DNA of 63,242 nucleotides, filler included, from Klebsormidium nitens (Eukaryota; Plantae; Klebsormidiophyceae), in the NCBI GenBank assembly GCA_000708835.1. It is 7 parts of 7 records of this genome, joined end to end, with 100 filler letters (N's around TTAATTAATTAA, not from the genome) between each part and the next. Parts side by side here need not be neighbours in the genome. Positions count along the whole stretch, not along the records: positions 58,771 to 62,066 come from DF238588.1; positions 62,167 to 63,242 come from DF237652.1; 5 more parts are not named here. The stretch is one strand, 5' to 3'. Positions 59,069 to 63,242 of the stretch are shown here, piece after piece. The notes beneath the pieces are model-generated. The model saw nothing but the letters and a program-made list of their open reading frames with translations, did no database searches and was not told where the DNA came from. How positions within the stretch are numbered: the stretch's first letter is position 1; each line of letters starts with the position of its first letter. A program made the position numbers and the translations under genes.

Positions 59069-60700
59069 TTCCAGAACCTGCACAAGACACACCCTCGCCT
59101 ATGGGCCAAGTACGCCAACAGGCCCATCGTGGAGTTCATCGAGGACATGAAGACGATGCGCGACGACATCCCCCTCTCCCGCCTCGTCCTTGGCTGGGGC
59201 TTCAACAACAACTCGGAGGTGTTCGCACGCGTGCTCCTCGTGCTGGAGCATCGTGAGAAGAGGCGGCCCTAGGCGCACGCGACCTTCGCGCGCTACGTGA
59301 TGCAGCCGGGCTGCCTGGAGTACCTAGGAGACGTGTACATCGTGTGCTGCCACGACACGCTTCTCCTCTACGCTCCAAGGTGGGGGGAGACGCGTAATCG
59401 GGAGATGTTCTGCTTGGTGCTTCTCTCTTCTTATGTATATTTTTCATGTAGTCTGTAGCAGCAACAACACGGAGTTTGTATAAGGTGAGCTTTACAATGG
59501 TCGAGATCACTCTGCACAGAACCTGGATAACGCATGGACAACAGATGGTCCAAGCTGAACAATTGCTTCAGACCGAAGATGCATGTTCGTTAAGGAATGT
59601 CTTGGTAGTTTTCGACACTTCGACATTTTGTTAAATATGAAGTCACCTTGGTTGTTGTCTTGTTCCAAAGCTCTGGTTCTGCGTCTGCTGTTTTGCTAGC
59701 ATTGAAAAATACTCTCTTTGATAATGTAGTATGGACCTGCGGTACCATCACATCCCCAAAATTCATCAGTTGTGCTATCCGTATCACGAGGTCTTCTAGC
59801 AGACCACCGCGCGCCTGCTGAAGAGGGTGAGTGTCTTCTGCCTTGCACTTTATTTGACTTGTGGCTGGCTCCAAGTTCGTCTTCGATGCTGGAGCCTCAA
59901 ATCTAGTTTTTCAAGAGCTTCATCGGTTGTTGAATTGAAATTGTTGCACAAAAAGGCCCATTCATTTCGTTAATGTATCGTGTATATGCAGCTCGGCCGG
60001 TTTGTAACGATTTCGTTTGTGAGAAGGCTTAGCAAAGCGTTAGTCGAGTGCGTTGCATGTCTTGCTCGCTTGTGAAAGAAAGATTACATTGCAATTCTGC
60101 AGTTCGTTTTCAGTGTATACTTAGGTTTCAGTGAGGTTTTCATCCATACTTGTAGGCCCAAGTATTGCTGAAGATTGTGTCCTGTGAAGATCGTGTCTTG
60201 CCAAGCCCTCGTTGAATCAGCTTGAAGAAAACGTCTTTCCAATACGTACTTCGTATACGTGACTTTCAGGGGACAGCCGCTACTAGCATCAGCAGTTCTT
60301 CGTGCGGGAGGCGGACTTCAAATTGGGCACAAAAGCGGAGAAGAAGGGGATTACAGCTGACAGCGGCGGCAACTGGAACCTCAACTAGAGTGGGAACCCC
60401 GGTCGACCCGGAGCCACCTTGGCGAGCTCCACCGTTGGGTGGCACTCGAAGAAGACAGTCCTTAGGATGGCCGCAGAGAACACCGTCATCCCTGCCAGGG
60501 AAACTGTCATCAACGGGCAGGTGTTTCTGGCCCCCGCCATCGGCCAGCCGCGGAAGCGCAACGACCACGTTGGGAGCCGCATCGAGCAGCTGTACCGGTC
60601 TTCGTCAAACGGCGCGTGGCCTAAGCGTCTCGTCAAGGACCTGACGACGCAGCCGTTCCATGGAGGCTTCGTGGTCAAAGGTCAGGGTTTTGGAAGCTGA
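59069..60700 (+). pseudogene. Unidentified decayed protein-coding exons
   Basis: Two blocks (~59069-59400 and ~60270-60700) follow ag acceptors, have G/C-ending codons and carry in-frame TAGs at 59270, 60284 and 60386. No family recognised. Confidence 0.35.
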
Positions 60701-60786
60701 TATTGGCCTTTCTTTGGACAATAGTGTATTTGGAGTCGTGATTGCAGACATAGACATAAGGCCCTTAAAATTCGCGCGATCTATAG

Positions 60787-62066
60787 TGAGCGTGGAGCGT
60801 CTCCGGCTGGTCCACATGGACGTCTGCGGGCCGGGCCGCTTGGTCGGGGGAAGCCGATACTTCGCCACGTTTCTAGACGACCACAGCAAGCTCTCAGTTG
60901 TAGTCCCCTGAAGCAGAAGAGAAAGGTGGCCAAGGTGACCGAGCACGTGATTAATCGGTTGAAATTGCAATCCGGGAAGAAGCTCAGGTCGGTGGGGACG
61001 GACCGGGGGAAGGAGTACATCAAAAAGGCCCTCAAAGATGTGTTTGGGGGCAAGGGGACGGTGCACGAGAAGACCGCCCCCTACACGGCAGAGCGGCTCA
61101 ATTGGGAGTTGTAGGAGAAGGTCCGGGCGATGCTCGAGGATTCGGGGCTGCCCAAAGAGATGTGGGCGGAGGCCGTTGTGACGGCCGACTACACCCGGAA
61201 CCGGACCCCAGTGAGCGCACACGGGAGGACCTCGTGAGAGGCGTTCTTTGGCAAGACGCCCAACGTTGGGCACACGCCGCATGTTTGGGGCGCGAGCCTA
61301 CAGGCACTATCTAAAGCAAAGACGTTAGAAGTTGGATCGGGTGAGCGGGCGGTGTGTGTTCGTGGGGTATGAGCCAGACTCCAAGGCGTACAGAGTGCTC
61401 CGGGAGAGCGACGGGAGGATCATGATCTCTCCGAACGTCATCTTTGACGAGGGCGAGGGGGACAACGGGATTGTCGAGCTGAGCTCCGATCCAACGGAGG
61501 GTTCCCCAGAGGCGGCCGGGAGGAGCAACACCGCGCACGCGCTCGCGCCGGCACACGAGCACGCGCCCGCAACGGGCCGCGGCCGCGTGGCACGCACGAT
61601 TTCCAACTCCAACCAAAATGGGCAAGTTGCGAAAACGGTGCGAGAGAGCAGAGCAGAGCCGGAAGAGTTTGCGGAGAACTTAGGGATGCCAACACGGGCT
61701 GCTCAGAGGTACCCACCGCGTGAGAGACACACGCCGGGGGAGTGGTACTGTGCCAACTTGGCGGCGGACACTGAAGCGGAGGAGCACCTGAAAGGAATGG
61801 GGGAGCACCCTGAACCGCAGAGTTTTCAGGAAACCGTAGCGGGAAAAGAGAATGACCTCTGGCGGAAGTCCATGGACGAGGAGATGCGTTCCCAATTGCA
61901 GAAAGGGACGTGAAAGACCGTCGATAAACCGGAAGGGGTCAAGCCGATTCCCATGAAGTGGTTTTACAGATCTAGCGGGACGCTCACGGGAATGTGGAGC
62001 GGTACAAATCCGGGCGGGTGGCAAAGGGCTACGTGCAGAAGCAAGGGATTGACTTCGACGAGGTGT
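60787..62066 (+). mobile_element. Degenerate Ty1/copia integrase, linker and RT N-terminus
   Basis: LRLVHMDVCGP..GGSRYFATFLDDHSKLSVV, LRSVGTDRGKEY, HEKTAPYTAE, RVSGRCVFVGYEPDSKAYRV, EPQSFQE, WRKSMDEEM, KPIPMKW, AKGYVQKQGIDFDEV. INT precedes RT, the copia order. Confidence 0.92.
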
Positions 62067-62166
62067 NNNNNNNNNNNNNNNNNNNNNNNNNNNNNNNNNN
62101 NNNNNNNNNNTTAATTAATTAANNNNNNNNNNNNNNNNNNNNNNNNNNNNNNNNNNNNNNNNNNNN

Positions 62167-63138
62167 GGTCAAACGGGGCTCCAGTGGTCCATTGCTGGAG
62201 GCGGTGGGCTAAATCAAACTCGAAAAAGATCTCCAACGGCCAGCCGTTTCCCCCACATTTGGAGTCGAGAAGCATAGTCAGACACGACTCCTGATACCTA
62301 TCATAGTCGGGGCCTGGATGGCGCCGAGTTGAAGCAAGGCAGTTTTGATGCGTTCAGAAGACTTCAAGTACGCAGGGAGATCGGGGCATTTAATTTTCTT
62401 GGTAGAAACGCCAGACATATCCGGCTGAAAAGTGACGGAGCCTGTGAGGTTATCATACAGCAGCTTATTGGGAGCGCTTTTGATCGCATTTACAGCATTC
62501 ACAGTCAAAAAAATTTCAATGAGCAATGGTTTCGGGGGCTGCACCGGGACAAAAGGTGGAGGATACGTACTCGGGCGAGGCCCCTGCAAGGGGCCGGTGG
62601 CCTGCAGGCGGGTAAAGTCGAACCCGGTACGTGGGATGGGGCCCCCGGGTGCTGGGACAGGGCCAAAGCCAGGGCCGCCAGGGAAGGGAGGTCCAGCTGG
62701 GGGAGGAGCCACCGGGTGATAGGCAGGGGGCGGGGCGAAAGGGGCTGGTGGAACGCCCCCCATGGCCGGGGCTGGTACAGGTGCTGGCATGTAACCGGGC
62801 GCTGTGGGAACCGGGGGAGGGGGTGCAAACTGCTGGGGATAAGGTCCCAATGGGGCAAAATAATGCGCCTCAGGCCGAATTGGGCCAAGGGGTGCCACAG
62901 GGGCCGGGGGAGCGGGAGGCTGCCTTTGCGCCTCAAGATGGGCCTGCATGAATTCTCTGATTCCGGCTTGAACACTCGTAGCAATACCTGCTTGAAGAGT
63001 ATGTGCAAAAGCCTGAAGGCATTGTGGAACGGGGGGCTCGGGAGCAACACCGGGAGTGGGAATAAATGTGGCAGGAGGATTTGGATCCGGGGGAAAAACA
63101 TTAGGAGGGGCGTGACCATAGCTCGCCCCCAATGGCAA
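62167..63138 (-). mobile_element. Probable DIRS/Ngaro-type ORF1 (gag-like) fragment
   Basis: Pro-rich ORF 63138-62278; after a 1-nt shift it reads DYDRYQESCLTMLLDSKCGGNGWPLEIFFEFDLAHRLQQW, sharing YQ..L..WP..D..R..QW with 36212-36427. Confidence 0.5.
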
Positions 63139-63242
63139 ATCGGGAGGAGTCTGAAATCCAGAAAGTGTAGGATGATGGTGGAAACCAATATTGCGGGGCC
63201 CTAGCCTCTCATGTATGGAGCGTCCCCTAGGATGCTCAGGAA

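Noticed and set aside
59590-59874. Minus-strand ORF as a helicase fragment
   Set aside because: No Walker or helicase motif can be supported.
28715-62122. TTAATTAATTAA inside N-runs at 28715, 36054, 47370, 54412, 58715 and 62111
   Set aside because: An identical 12-mer centred in six gaps, giving stops in all six frames, is an artificial scaffolding linker.

Overview
Eukaryotic nuclear scaffold with spliceosomal introns and N-gaps; six gaps carry an artificial TTAATTAATTAA linker. Plant-type housekeeping genes, motile-cilium genes and green-algal-type retrotransposons point to a flagellated streptophyte alga such as Klebsormidium (inference). 1-25 kb is gene-rich: PSMG3/PAC3 (+), a RING-HC protein (-), a G-patch protein (-), and the convergent ciliary genes CFAP161 (+, with an EF-hand-like tail) and DNAAF1/ODA7 (-). 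26-63 kb is a nest of decayed elements: a RING-TRAF pseudogene, two divergent Ty3/gypsy elements, Ty1/copia fragments, DIRS/Ngaro-like gag fragments and a GC-rich gypsy-like element in two copies. Most notable: (1) a spliced, disabled CenH3-like histone gene among the retroelements; (2) a Dam-like N6-adenine methyltransferase-type domain lacking NPPF/Y between gag and protease in both gypsy elements; (3) TG..CA-bounded units that are themselves palindromes (three 78-bp copies, two bounding a 377-bp insertion with a 5-bp TSD, plus a 734-bp fold-back). All protein calls are by-eye motif recognition; no database search was run.
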